A stretch of DNA of 64,000 nt, from positions 9,961 to 73,960 of the forward strand of contig CAWIKW010000019.1 of assembly GCA_963836785.1 (NCBI GenBank), given 5' to 3'. Position 1 is the stretch's first letter. Every line of letters starts with the position of its first letter. The stretch is from an uncultured Actinomycetota bacterium. GTDB lineage: Bacteria > Actinomycetota > Actinomycetes > Mycobacteriales > Micromonosporaceae. This document shows, in pieces, positions 53,819 to 63,181 of this stretch. The translations under genes were made by a program, and so were the position numbers. Below the pieces are notes generated by a model that ran no database searches, was not told the origin of the DNA, and was given only the letters and a program-made list of their open reading frames with translations.

Positions 53819-54934
53819 ATGCCTCGTTGTCGCGGGTCGGAGCAGGACGGTGCGCCTGGGTATGCGAGGCACGATGGACGCGTGGTCGTGACGACGAAGG
53901 TGCGACGGCGAGCCGGCCGGCGAACGAATCTGGCGCTCGTGATCCTGCTGCCCGTCGCGTTCGCCACCGGTTGGCTCGCGTTCGGCACCGGCACGCTGTG
54001 GCCGGCCCGGATCGTCACCATCGGCCACGCCGTGGTCGGCATCGCCGTGCTGGCACTCGTGCCGTGGAAGCAATTGATCGTGCGACGCGGTCTCGCTCGA
54101 CCGGCCGGCGCGGGGAGTGTGGTCGTCAAGGTGTCGAGCATCGCGCTGGCCGTGCTCGTACTCCTGTCGTTGGTGGCCGGCTTCGCCCACTCGTACGTCG
54201 GCGCGCGTACGTACCTTGGCGTCACCGCTATGCAGGTGCACGTCGGGGCCGCGATTGCCGCGGCGCCGCTGTTCGTCGCGCACCTGTTCACGCGGCCGCA
54301 GCGCATCCGGGCCACCGATCTGTCGCGACGGAACGCGCTGCGACTGGGCGCGCTGCTCGGTGTCGGCGCCGCCGTGCTCGCCGCCGCCGAAGGTCTCGCG
54401 ATCGTCGCCCGGCTGCCCGGCCGGTTGCGCCGGGCGACCGGTTCCTACGAGACCGGGACCGACAATCCGGACGCGATGCCGTTGACCTCGTGGCTCTTCG
54501 ACGAGATCCCGGACATCGATCCCGCGACCTATGCCATATCGGTACGAGTCGGTGGCGCGTCACGATCGGTCGGCTACGACGAGTTGAACGCCGGAACCGA
54601 TGAGGTCCGCGCGATCCTCGACTGCACCGGCGGGTGGTACGCCGCGCAGACATGGCGGGGCGTACGGCTCGACCGGTTGCTCGGCGACGTACCGGACGGT
54701 CACGTGATCGTCGTGACCTCGACGACCGGCTACTCGCGGCGGTTCCCGGCCGCGGAGGCGTCGCGGCTGTGGCTCGCGACCGCCATGGCCGGCGTACCGC
54801 TGGCACCGGGACACGGTGCGCCGGCCCGCCTCGTCGCGCCCGGCCGCCGCGGTTTCTGGTGGGTGAAGTGGGTGGCGTCGATCGAGACCGTCACCGGCCC
54901 GGATTGGTGGCAGTCGCCGTTCCCGCTGCAATGA
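53819..54934 (+). CDS. Molybdopterin-dependent oxidoreductase (sulfite-oxidase fold) fused to an N-terminal polytopic membrane domain
   Basis: 371 aa. About 5 TM segments, then LDCTGGWYAAQTWRGVRL...LAPGHGAPARLVAPGRRGFWWVKWV. Confidence 0.78.
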   Translation: MPRCRGSEQDGAPGYARHDGRVVVTTKVRRRAGRRTNLALVILLPVAFATGWLAFGTGTLWPARIVTIGHAVVGIAVLALVPWKQLIVRRGLARPAGAGSVVVKVSSIALAVLVLLSLVAGFAHSYVGARTYLGVTAMQVHVGAAIAAAPLFVAHLFTRPQRIRATDLSRRNALRLGALLGVGAAVLAAAEGLAIVARLPGRLRRATGSYETGTDNPDAMPLTSWLFDEIPDIDPATYAISVRVGGASRSVGYDELNAGTDEVRAILDCTGGWYAAQTWRGVRLDRLLGDVPDGHVIVVTSTTGYSRRFPAAEASRLWLATAMAGVPLAPGHGAPARLVAPGRRGFWWVKWVASIETVTGPDWWQSPFPLQ

Positions 54935-55055
54935 TCTTGGCGGCACTTTGCGACCCCGTGACCGCGCACCGGGCGATCTTGGATCGGCGACCCCCGGCTC
55001 GATGATCTTGGTGCGGTGCATCGTTGCGGGCCGGACCATTCTCGGGTCGATCTTG
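54932..55055. repeat. Four dispersed copies of the octamer GATCTTGG in the 234-bp spacer before the MMPL gene
   Basis: Copies at 54932-39, 54974-81, 55003-10 and 55048-55. Each is followed within 1-3 nt by GG or GGC. Confidence 0.8.
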
Positions 55056-55168
55056 GCCAGGTCCCTCTAGGCTCGACATATCACCTGGTCAATACGGGTC
55101 GTACAAAGTAACAAGCGCGGCGCAACGGGGTCGCGAGGCGAAGGCACGGTGCTCGGAGAAGGGATGCC

Positions 55169-57412
55169 ATGCATACGTTCCTCGAACGTCTCGGCCGATT
55201 CTGCGCCCGCCGGCACTGGTACGTGATCGGCGTATGGCTGGTCATCGTCGTCGGTCTCGTGGTGCTGCGCAGCGCGTTCGGCGGGTCGTTCGTCAACGAC
55301 TACACGGTGCCCGGCAGCGCCTCGGACAAGGGTCTGACCGTCCTCCAGGCCGAGTTCCCGGCTCAGGGCGGCAACGCCGGCCAGATCGTGTTCGCCGCGC
55401 CGGCCGGCGCCAAGCTCAGCTCCAGCGAGAATCAGGTCAACCAGTCGGTGAGCAACGTGTCGCACCTCGACCATGTGCTCAGCGCGACCAGTCCGTTCGC
55501 CACGTCGAACTCGCCGACGGTCTCGTCGAGCGGCACGATTGCCTACGCCCAGGTGAACTTCGACACCGCGACGAACAATCTCGACCAGGCGTATCTCGAC
55601 CAGTTGCACAACGCGGTGAAACCGGCCACTGATGCCGGTCTCACGGTGGAGTATGGCGGCTCGGCCGGGCAGATCGCCAACAACACCAACGACGCAAAGT
55701 CCGAGCTCATCGGCCTGATCTGCGCGTTGATCCTGTTGCTGATCATGTTCGTATCGCTCGTCGCCGCGGCCATCCCGCTGGTCGCGGCCGGCTTTAGCGT
55801 CGTGGCCGGACTGTCGACGCTGGGCCTACTGGCGGCGGCGTTCACCTTCCCGACAACCGGGCCGACGATCGCGACCCTGCTCGGTCTCGGCGTCGCCATC
55901 GACTACGGTCTGTTCCAGCTCGCCCGGCACCGCGAACAGATCGACGGCGGGGCCGACGTCATCGAGTCCATCGGCAGGGCAAACTCCCGGTCCGGGGGCG
56001 CCATCGTGGTGGCCGGCACGACGGTGATCATCGCGATCCTTGGTCTGTTCGTCGCCGGCGTGCCATTCATCAGTGCGCTCGGCGTCTCGGCGGCGGTCGT
56101 CGTGGCCGTGACGATGCTCTCCGCGCTCACGCTCGTACCGGCGTTCATGGGGTTGGCCCGCGGCACCGTCCGGTCGTTCTTCGATCGTCGCCGCGAACGT
56201 CGCGAACGCCAGGCCCGGGCCGCGGCGCACAAGCCGCCAGCGACCGCGGTGCGCGACGACCACGCGCATGAGAACAGCGCATTCGCGCGGTGGGGCCGGC
56301 GGGTCAGCGGGCGGCCCTGGCCCTATGCAATTGGCGCGGTGATCCTTCTCGTGGTCATCACGATCCCGCTGTTCTTCATCACGTTCGGCCAACTTGACGC
56401 CGGGACGGACCCGACTTCGGACACCGACCGGCGTGCATACGACCTCATCACCGAGGGGTTCGGCGCCGGCGCGAACGGTCCCATCACCGTGATCGTGAAC
56501 AAGCCGGCGGGCCAGTCGTCGTCCGACTTCCAGACTCTGCTCGGCAACACCCAGCAGACGTTGCAGAAAACGCCCGACGTGGCGTCGGTGTGGCCGCCGT
56601 CGGCTAACCAGGGCGGCACCGCTGCCATCATGAACGTGATCCCCAAGAGCACCCCACAGGCGGAGGCGACCACGTCTCTGGTCAACAACCTGCGAGACGA
56701 TGTGCTGCCGGCGGTGTCCGCGCCGACATATCTGACCGGCACGACCGTCGGCAACGTCGACTTCACGGAGCGAACCGTGCAGCGGCTGCCGTGGCTTATC
56801 GCCGCCGTCGTTCTGCTGTCGCTGTTGCTGCTGACGGCGGCGTTCCGCTCGCTCGCGATCGGCATCAAGGCGGCGGTGATGAACCTGCTGTCGGTGGGCG
56901 CGGCCTATGGCGTCGTCGTCGCCGTGTTCCAGTGGGGATGGGGCTCGTCGCTGATCGGCATGGACCAGAAGGTACCGATCCCGGCGTTCGTGCCGATGCT
57001 GATGTTCGCCATCGTGTTCGGGTTGTCCATGGACTACGAGGTGTTCCTGCTGTCGCGTGTGCACGAGGCCTACGTACGTACCCACGACCCACATCGCAGC
57101 GTGGCGATCGGAATCGGCGGCACCGCGCGCGTCATCACGACGGCCGCGGCGGTCATGGTCGTCGTCTTCGCGAGCTTTGTGGCCGACTCCGATCCGATCA
57201 TCAAGATGCTCGCGGTCGGCATGGCCGTCTCCGTGCTGATCGACGCGTCCGTGGTCCGGATGGTGCTGGTGCCGGCGATCATGTCTCTGCTGGGCGACCA
57301 TGCCTGGTGGGTGCCACGGTGGCTGGACAAGATCCTGCCGCATATCGACGTCGAGGGAAGCGGCGCGCCTCTGCCGGCCGAGCAGCGCAAACCGGTGCCG
57401 GTCGGCCGATAG
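55169..57412 (+). CDS. MMPL-family (RND superfamily) membrane transporter
   Basis: 747 aa. MHTFLERLGRFCARRHWYVIGVWLVIV. Two 6-TM bundles each preceded by an extracytoplasmic domain. C-terminal LLGDHAWWVPRWLDKILP. Confidence 0.88.
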   Translation: MHTFLERLGRFCARRHWYVIGVWLVIVVGLVVLRSAFGGSFVNDYTVPGSASDKGLTVLQAEFPAQGGNAGQIVFAAPAGAKLSSSENQVNQSVSNVSHLDHVLSATSPFATSNSPTVSSSGTIAYAQVNFDTATNNLDQAYLDQLHNAVKPATDAGLTVEYGGSAGQIANNTNDAKSELIGLICALILLLIMFVSLVAAAIPLVAAGFSVVAGLSTLGLLAAAFTFPTTGPTIATLLGLGVAIDYGLFQLARHREQIDGGADVIESIGRANSRSGGAIVVAGTTVIIAILGLFVAGVPFISALGVSAAVVVAVTMLSALTLVPAFMGLARGTVRSFFDRRRERRERQARAAAHKPPATAVRDDHAHENSAFARWGRRVSGRPWPYAIGAVILLVVITIPLFFITFGQLDAGTDPTSDTDRRAYDLITEGFGAGANGPITVIVNKPAGQSSSDFQTLLGNTQQTLQKTPDVASVWPPSANQGGTAAIMNVIPKSTPQAEATTSLVNNLRDDVLPAVSAPTYLTGTTVGNVDFTERTVQRLPWLIAAVVLLSLLLLTAAFRSLAIGIKAAVMNLLSVGAAYGVVVAVFQWGWGSSLIGMDQKVPIPAFVPMLMFAIVFGLSMDYEVFLLSRVHEAYVRTHDPHRSVAIGIGGTARVITTAAAVMVVVFASFVADSDPIIKMLAVGMAVSVLIDASVVRMVLVPAIMSLLGDHAWWVPRWLDKILPHIDVEGSGAPLPAEQRKPVPVGR

Positions 57413-57489
57413 CGATTCCCGCCGGCCGATCGGCCGCACCGGCCGCGAAGGCCGCGTGCCGGCCGTGGCGGCGGTGCCGGCCGCTCGGC

Positions 57490-58185
57490 TCAGCTCAGCA
57501 GCGGATAGCCGCTCGTCGCCGCGACCTCGCCCGGAGTCAAAGGGATGCGGCCGGTGGCCTTGAGGATGTACTGCTCCGCCGACCAGTTCGCTGGTCGACC
57601 GGGTCGTGCGACACTCGCTGTGCCCAGGTCGGCCATCCGAGCTAGGCCGTCGAGCGTGTCGACCGCGGCGGCGAGCGCATCCGGATCGGGTGCGGGCGCG
57701 GCGGGAAGATGCACCGTCATATCAAGGTGGTGGATCGCCGCCTCGGTCGCGAGCGTTGTCAGGAAATCGGGTACGGCGAGCACATGGCCCTGCGTCGTGA
57801 CGTAGCCGTCCGGGTCGGCGGCGTTCGCCGCCCGTACGGCTGCCGGTGCCGTCTCCTGCCAGAGCGCGATCGATCCGAGCCCATCCCGGAATGCGGCCGC
57901 CGACCGTTTGATCGACCACGCGCCGGGGATCGGATCCCGGTCGCCGGCGAATCCCCGCCAATAGCTCACGAAGTCGCGATCGGACGGTCCCGGATGCGGG
58001 CTGGCCAACGCGACCAACGCCCGTTGCGCGTCGCACAGCACGTGAAACAGCACGTCGGCGACCACCCATCCCCGACAGCGGGAGAACTCCAGCAGGTCGT
58101 CGCGGGTGAATGTGGCCGCGAGTCGGTCGATGCCCTCGTACGCCTTCGTCAGGCGATGTTGAGCCGTGGCGTAGTCGACGACCAT
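57490..58185 (-). CDS. Maleylpyruvate-isomerase-family / DinB_2 mycothiol-dependent enzyme
   Basis: In-frame ATG 58185 (MVVDYATAQHRLTKAYEGIDRLAATF...VADVLFHVLCD...EAAIHHLDM). The Arg-rich N-terminal part of the track ORF was discarded. Confidence 0.7.
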   Translation of the reverse strand: MVVDYATAQHRLTKAYEGIDRLAATFTRDDLLEFSRCRGWVVADVLFHVLCDAQRALVALASPHPGPSDRDFVSYWRGFAGDRDPIPGAWSIKRSAAAFRDGLGSIALWQETAPAAVRAANAADPDGYVTTQGHVLAVPDFLTTLATEAAIHHLDMTVHLPAAPAPDPDALAAAVDTLDGLARMADLGTASVARPGRPANWSAEQYILKATGRIPLTPGEVAATSGYPLLS

Positions 58186-58225
58186 TCGTTCATCGTCGTT
58201 GATCGGTGCGGCCCGTGTCGTGGGC

Positions 58226-58900
58226 TTATTGTCGCGCGAGCCGATCCAACTCGGCCGCCAACGGCTCGGCCGCCGAAACATGCGGGCAGTGGCCGGCGTC
58301 GAGTTCGACGATGTCCGCGCCGAGTCGGCGTACTGCCTCGCGGCGACACCACTCCGCCCGCAACGCGCGGTCGCGCAGTGCCACGACGTACGTCGACGGG
58401 ATCTCCGGTGCGAGCGTGACGGTCTCGGCGTAGACGACGTTGGGGGCAAACAACCGTACGGTCGTCAACGCCCATTGCAACGTCTCGAAATCGCAGTCAT
58501 GGAACAGGAAATACGTCGCGAGCACAGGATCGGTCGTCGGATCCCGGCCGAGCCAGTCGCGATGGAAGATGTCGGTCGGCGCGACCCGGATTTCGTCGAG
58601 GAAGCTCTGCCGCCCGTCCGGCACGAGCGCGGCCAGCCAGACCTGCCGGCGCGCGCCGAGCCGCCGCGCGACAGCGGGCAGCAGCGGGGACGATCCCGAG
58701 TGCGCCACGACGAGCGGCGTCGTGAGGTCACCGGGCACCTGCCGACCGATGACGTCGGCATACTCCGCCACGGAGCTGGCGGGCTCGGCCGCGAGATCGA
58801 CGGTGACGGCCCGATGGCCGCGGGTCTCGAGCGCGTCCACCAGCCGCCGCCATCCGACCGGCGACTGGGTGGTGCCATGGATCAGAACGATGTCGGCCAC
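58226..58900 (-). CDS. Alpha/beta hydrolase
   Basis: 224 aa. IVLIHGTTQSP and VVAHSGSS (nucleophile elbow), with C-terminal DAGHCPH. Confidence 0.75.
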   Translation of the reverse strand: MADIVLIHGTTQSPVGWRRLVDALETRGHRAVTVDLAAEPASSVAEYADVIGRQVPGDLTTPLVVAHSGSSPLLPAVARRLGARRQVWLAALVPDGRQSFLDEIRVAPTDIFHRDWLGRDPTTDPVLATYFLFHDCDFETLQWALTTVRLFAPNVVYAETVTLAPEIPSTYVVALRDRALRAEWCRREAVRRLGADIVELDAGHCPHVSAAEPLAAELDRLARQ

Positions 58901-58947
58901 CGGCCCAACCTACGTCGGCGGCCCTGGTGCGGGTCGCGTCGGGCGGG

Positions 58948-60718
58948 TCAGCCGGTTCGTAGCACGCTTCGCAGGACGCCGGCGAGCCATTCGTGCGCCT
59001 GCTCGGGAGACTCCGGGCTGCCGAGATGCCGCGCCGCGATGTAGAGATCGGGCCGGACCAGTAGAGCACCGCCGTCCTCGATCTCCCGGAGGCCGGCCCA
59101 GGTGCCGTACGGATCTTCGTACCGCTCGCCGGGGCCGATCGACACGGGAGTGATGGGCACGCCGGTGCTCTCGGCCAACGCCGCCGCCGCATCGAGCCAG
59201 GGCCGGCCGCCGATGCCCGTGACGAGACTGAACGTGCCGTGTCCACCGAGGTCCAGGGTGGACACCCGGCGACCGTTCTCGGTCACCCAGGTATGCGGCA
59301 GCTTCGCGCCCGGCCAGGTCGTCGGTTGTGCGTACAGCTCCGGGTCGCGGCGGTATTCGGGCATCGGGGTGCCGTCCGGCACCACTGCCGTTGACGCGGT
59401 ACCGCTGGTTGTGCTCCACGCCGTGCGCGTCGAACTCGTACGCCTTGTAGGCGATGGCTTCACGCAGTGCGCCCCGGATCTTCTCGCCCTCGGGTCCCGG
59501 TGCCTTGCGTAGTGCGAGTTGCTGGTCGAGTTTGTCGACGTCAGTCGTATCGGTCAGGTCGAGCGCGGACAGGATCCGGCCGGTATCGGCGATGGACTGG
59601 TTGGCTCGCTCGACGATCTGCCGGGCGATCGGACCACGCTCGGCGTCGTACGTCGCCAGCAGCTCCGGACCGGCCGTGCCGGCGACCACATGCGCAAGCT
59701 TCCAGGCGAGGTTGTACGAGTCCTGGATCGACGTGTTGGAGCCGAGGCCGTTCGTCGGAGGATGCCGATGCACGGCGTCGCCGGCGCAGAAGACGCGGCC
59801 TCGCGCGATCGTCGTCGCGTAGTGGTGGTTGACCGTCCACGGCGACGCCGACGTCACGTGCATCTCGAAGTCCTCGGTGCCGACGAGCTTGACCGCGAGC
59901 TCGCGGATGAACTCGTCGCTGAACGTGGGCGGTCCGGCCGCCACCTCGTAGCCCCACATCAGCATCCACTCGTGCCAGGGCTTGATCATGCGAAGCACGC
60001 CGAGGCCGACGCCTTCCCGTTCGGCGCCCGGCTGCACCATCCAGTAGAGGACCGAGGGGCGATGCGCGACGAAGCGCGACAGGTCGGCCTCGAAGATGAT
60101 CGACAGCGAGCCGGCCACCGCGCCCGGACCCTCGAACGGCAGATCCAGGTCCTCGGCTACCTTGCTGCGGGCACCGTCGGCGCCGACGAGATACTTCGAC
60201 CGGATGTCGTACTCGATGCCGGTGAGGCGGTCGCGAACCGTGGTCGTGACGCCGGACTCGTCCTGGACGTGCGACAGGTATTCGGTGTCGAAGCGGATCT
60301 TCGCGCCGCGTTCCTGCGCCGCCTTCACCATGACCGGCTCGGTGATCGTCTGCGGCGCGTCCAGCATGGTGCACGGGCTCTGCAGCTCGTAGTCGGCGTG
60401 CCGAACGGTGTCGGTGCCCCAGGACGGGATGCGACCGAGTTCATCGCCGGCCAGGCTGGTGCAGAACGTGGTGTTGCCCATCCACTCCCACGGCGTCGCC
60501 TCGCGCATGAGCCGATCCTCGATGCCCATGTCGCGCAGCGTCTCCATGGTGCGCTGGTTCGTGATATGCGCTCGCGGAGTATCGGATAGTCGGCTGTACT
60601 TGGTGACGAGCAGCGTACGGGTGCCGTAGGTGGCCAGGAAAAGCGCGGCGGAGGCGCCGGCCGGGCCGGATCCGACCACCAGGACGTCGGTCTCCACCGC
60701 GCTGCGGGCTGTGCTCAT
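58948..60718 (-). pseudogene. FAD-dependent aromatic-ring monooxygenase (PheA/TfdB, phenol/2,4-dichlorophenol hydroxylase type) with a +1 frameshift near 59405 (alternatively a sequencing error)
   Basis: AAGGAG upstream of ATG 60718. DVLVVGSGPAGASAALFL, GADGARSKV and CAGDAVHRHPPTNGLGSNTSIQDSYNLAWKL. After ...GVEHNQRYR the frame decays. Frame 58948..59463 continues the family C-terminal domain (STAVVPDGTPMPEY...GAKLPHTWV...ALLVRPDLYIAARH). Confidence 0.7.
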
Positions 60719-60812
60719 CGAGGCTCCTTGAAAGGCGGCGCCGCCCGGCTGTTACGGGCGGCGCGCGTCGGCCGTCAGGCGGACACTTGTCCGTAACACT
60801 TGTCGGTGTTGT

Positions 60813-61553
60813 TTGCGGTGTCAAGGGTCGGCCGGACAAGGGAGGGGCGTGGCGAGCAACATACGGCGGCACGCCCGCATCACGATTGCGGCGGCCAACA
60901 ACGCCGCGTGGTGCGACGCAATGTGCCGCTCGCACGGCCACGCCGGCACCTTCACGCCGCAGGCTTGGCTCAGTTCGTGCCGTACGCCCGAGTTGTATCC
61001 CGATGCCGTGACGCTGGCCGCGGACGCCGCGGCCGACGTGGTTCTCGCCGGCATCGACACTCGCAGCGGTTGTTCCGTCAAGGACAGCTTCGCCGCGCTC
61101 GACTTGTCCACCAACGGCTTCGAGCGTCTGTTCGACGCCTGGTGGCTGTGGCGGCCGTCCGGCGAAGGCGTCTCTGAGGTGGCGCCGATGGTTCCGGTCG
61201 GCGCGGACGACCTGGCGGCCTGGGCCGCGGCGTGGTGCGGAAATGACGCACCCCCCGACGTGTTCCGGCCGTCGTTGGTCGCGGATCCCGACGTCGTGGT
61301 GCTCGGCCGCCGCGACGGCGCGCGGTTCGTTGCCGGTGCGATCGCCAACGTCAGCGGTACGGCGACCGGCCTGTCGAACGTCTTCGCGGTCGACCGGAAC
61401 CTGGACGCAGCTTGGCTAGGCGCGCTCGCGGCGGTCGTCCGCCGATGGCCCGACCTCCCGATCGTCGGCTACGAGCGGGGCGATGCGATGGCCGCACCGC
61501 TGGGCGTCGGCTTCACCGCCATCGGGCCACTGACCGTATGGCTCCGCCGTTGA
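60813..61553 (+). CDS. Hypothetical protein (conserved-looking; possibly acetyltransferase-fold)
   Basis: 246-aa ORF with normal composition (NAAWCDAMCRSHG...ELYPDAVTL). No motif was recognised with confidence. The start is uncertain. Confidence 0.4.
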   Translation: MRCQGSAGQGRGVASNIRRHARITIAAANNAAWCDAMCRSHGHAGTFTPQAWLSSCRTPELYPDAVTLAADAAADVVLAGIDTRSGCSVKDSFAALDLSTNGFERLFDAWWLWRPSGEGVSEVAPMVPVGADDLAAWAAAWCGNDAPPDVFRPSLVADPDVVVLGRRDGARFVAGAIANVSGTATGLSNVFAVDRNLDAAWLGALAAVVRRWPDLPIVGYERGDAMAAPLGVGFTAIGPLTVWLRR

Positions 61554-61800
61554 GGCGCTCCGGCGGCTCGGGCGTGTTCGACCGCACCGCTCGATAACCG
61601 CTGCGTGCTGCCTCCGTAACGCTGCGTGCCGGTCGCCGGTCCAATCTGGATACGCCGGCCGTTTCGGGCGTCTTGATTGATAGACGTGACGTCGCCCCGC
61701 TAGATACACTCCGGCGTCGGCCAATCCGCGCATCGCGGCACGCTTTCACCACGGTCGGTCGCCGCGTCTGGCCGCCCATAAATACGTCAGAGGTTCGGCG

Positions 61801-63162
61801 ATGACGACATTTGCGCAGCTCGACCGCGCGCGCGACCGGCACCGGGCGGTCGCGACCCGCGCGCTGCTTGCTGTCGCAGTGCTGGTGCCGAGCTGTGTCC
61901 TCTTTCTCCAGGCGTGGAACAACGAGCGCGACGATCTCGGCGCGTTGGCCCAACAGCAGCACGGTGTGGCGTACGTGCGGACGCTACAACCGCTGATCGG
62001 CGCGGTCGTTGCCGCGCAATCCACCGCGGTGGCCGGCGGCCGGGTGAATCTCCAGCCGGTCGACCGCGCCGCGCTGGCGGTCGCGGCCGTCGATCAGCGC
62101 TACGGCGCCGACCTCCGGTCGCAGGTGCTCTGGGCCGACGCCGACAACCGCATCCAGCAGCTGCACAGCCGCTCCGCGTCGTCGCCGACCGACTCGTTCG
62201 CGGCCTACAGCGGTGTGACCGGGCTGCTCCTGGAGCTGGCCGACAAGGTCAGCGCGACCGCCGGGCTGAGCCACAACGCCCATCCCGAGCTGGCCGCGCT
62301 GCAGGACGGTGCGGCCCATCAGCTGCCGGCTGTCGTCGTCGCTGCCGGTGCGTATGCGGACCTGTTGGCGCTCGGCGGCTCCGATCCGAAGGCATCGGGT
62401 GGCATCGCGATCGGCCCGGACGCGGTCGCCGGCGCGCCGACGGGCAGTATCGCCGAGCAACTGGCCGATCAGCGGGCATCCATCGAGCAGGATGCGAGCG
62501 ATCTCGTTGATGACGTGCAGAACGCGTCCGACGCGTCGCCCGATGCCGCGATCAGCCAAGCCACGTTGGCCAAGCTTGACCAGTTCCGGATCCAGGTCGA
62601 CACGCTCATCGCCGACGGCACCACGAGTTCCACCTCGGGGAGCAACCTGCCGGCCGGCGGCTCCGTCCGCAAAGCGGCCGACGACGCGGCGACGACACAA
62701 GCCGCGGCGAACACCTTGACCGCTTCGATCCTGCAGAGCGTCGATAGCCTGTTGACCTCGCGCATCGACCATGCGCGGCTGGTCCGGTCGCTGACGATCG
62801 GCGCCGGCGTGCTGGCGGTCGTGATCGCGTTGACGCCGCTGCTCGCGGCCGTGTTGCGCCGCCGCCGGGTCGAGGACGAGCCGCTCCTCCAGGAGGAGCC
62901 GGACGTGCCGGCCCCGACGTTGGCGCGCCTATCGCCGCCGCGCGACTTCGATCCGCCGAGCTCCGACGGCGGTGCGTTGCCGCGACGCCGGCCGGCGGTC
63001 GTCGCCGCGGCGACCAGCGCGCCGGACGCCGCGCGTGAGCTCATGCCCGCGGGCGTCATGCATCATCGGCGCTCCGCCACGGGTACGCCGACGACAAGGT
63101 CGGCCGGGACTGACGTGGCTATCCCGTCCGACGACTGGGGGCGGTCCGGTGTCGCTCGGTAG
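61801..63162 (+). CDS. Membrane protein with a NIT-like (nitrate/nitrite-sensor-like) helical ectodomain and a Pro/Arg-rich tail; no recognisable output domain
   Basis: 453 aa. TM segments near residues 20-40 and 335-355. The region between them is helical and Ala/Leu/Asp-rich, like the ectodomain of the downstream gene. Confidence 0.45.
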   Translation: MTTFAQLDRARDRHRAVATRALLAVAVLVPSCVLFLQAWNNERDDLGALAQQQHGVAYVRTLQPLIGAVVAAQSTAVAGGRVNLQPVDRAALAVAAVDQRYGADLRSQVLWADADNRIQQLHSRSASSPTDSFAAYSGVTGLLLELADKVSATAGLSHNAHPELAALQDGAAHQLPAVVVAAGAYADLLALGGSDPKASGGIAIGPDAVAGAPTGSIAEQLADQRASIEQDASDLVDDVQNASDASPDAAISQATLAKLDQFRIQVDTLIADGTTSSTSGSNLPAGGSVRKAADDAATTQAAANTLTASILQSVDSLLTSRIDHARLVRSLTIGAGVLAVVIALTPLLAAVLRRRRVEDEPLLQEEPDVPAPTLARLSPPRDFDPPSSDGGALPRRRPAVVAAATSAPDAARELMPAGVMHHRRSATGTPTTRSAGTDVAIPSDDWGRSGVAR

Positions 63163-63181
63163 GTCAAGTGTCCGGCGTCGG

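Noticed and set aside
54932-55055. Possible CRISPR-like array (repeated GATCTTGG)
   Set aside because: The repeats are only 8 nt and the spacing is irregular (29-45 bp). There are no cas genes in the window. Kept as a candidate regulatory repeat instead.
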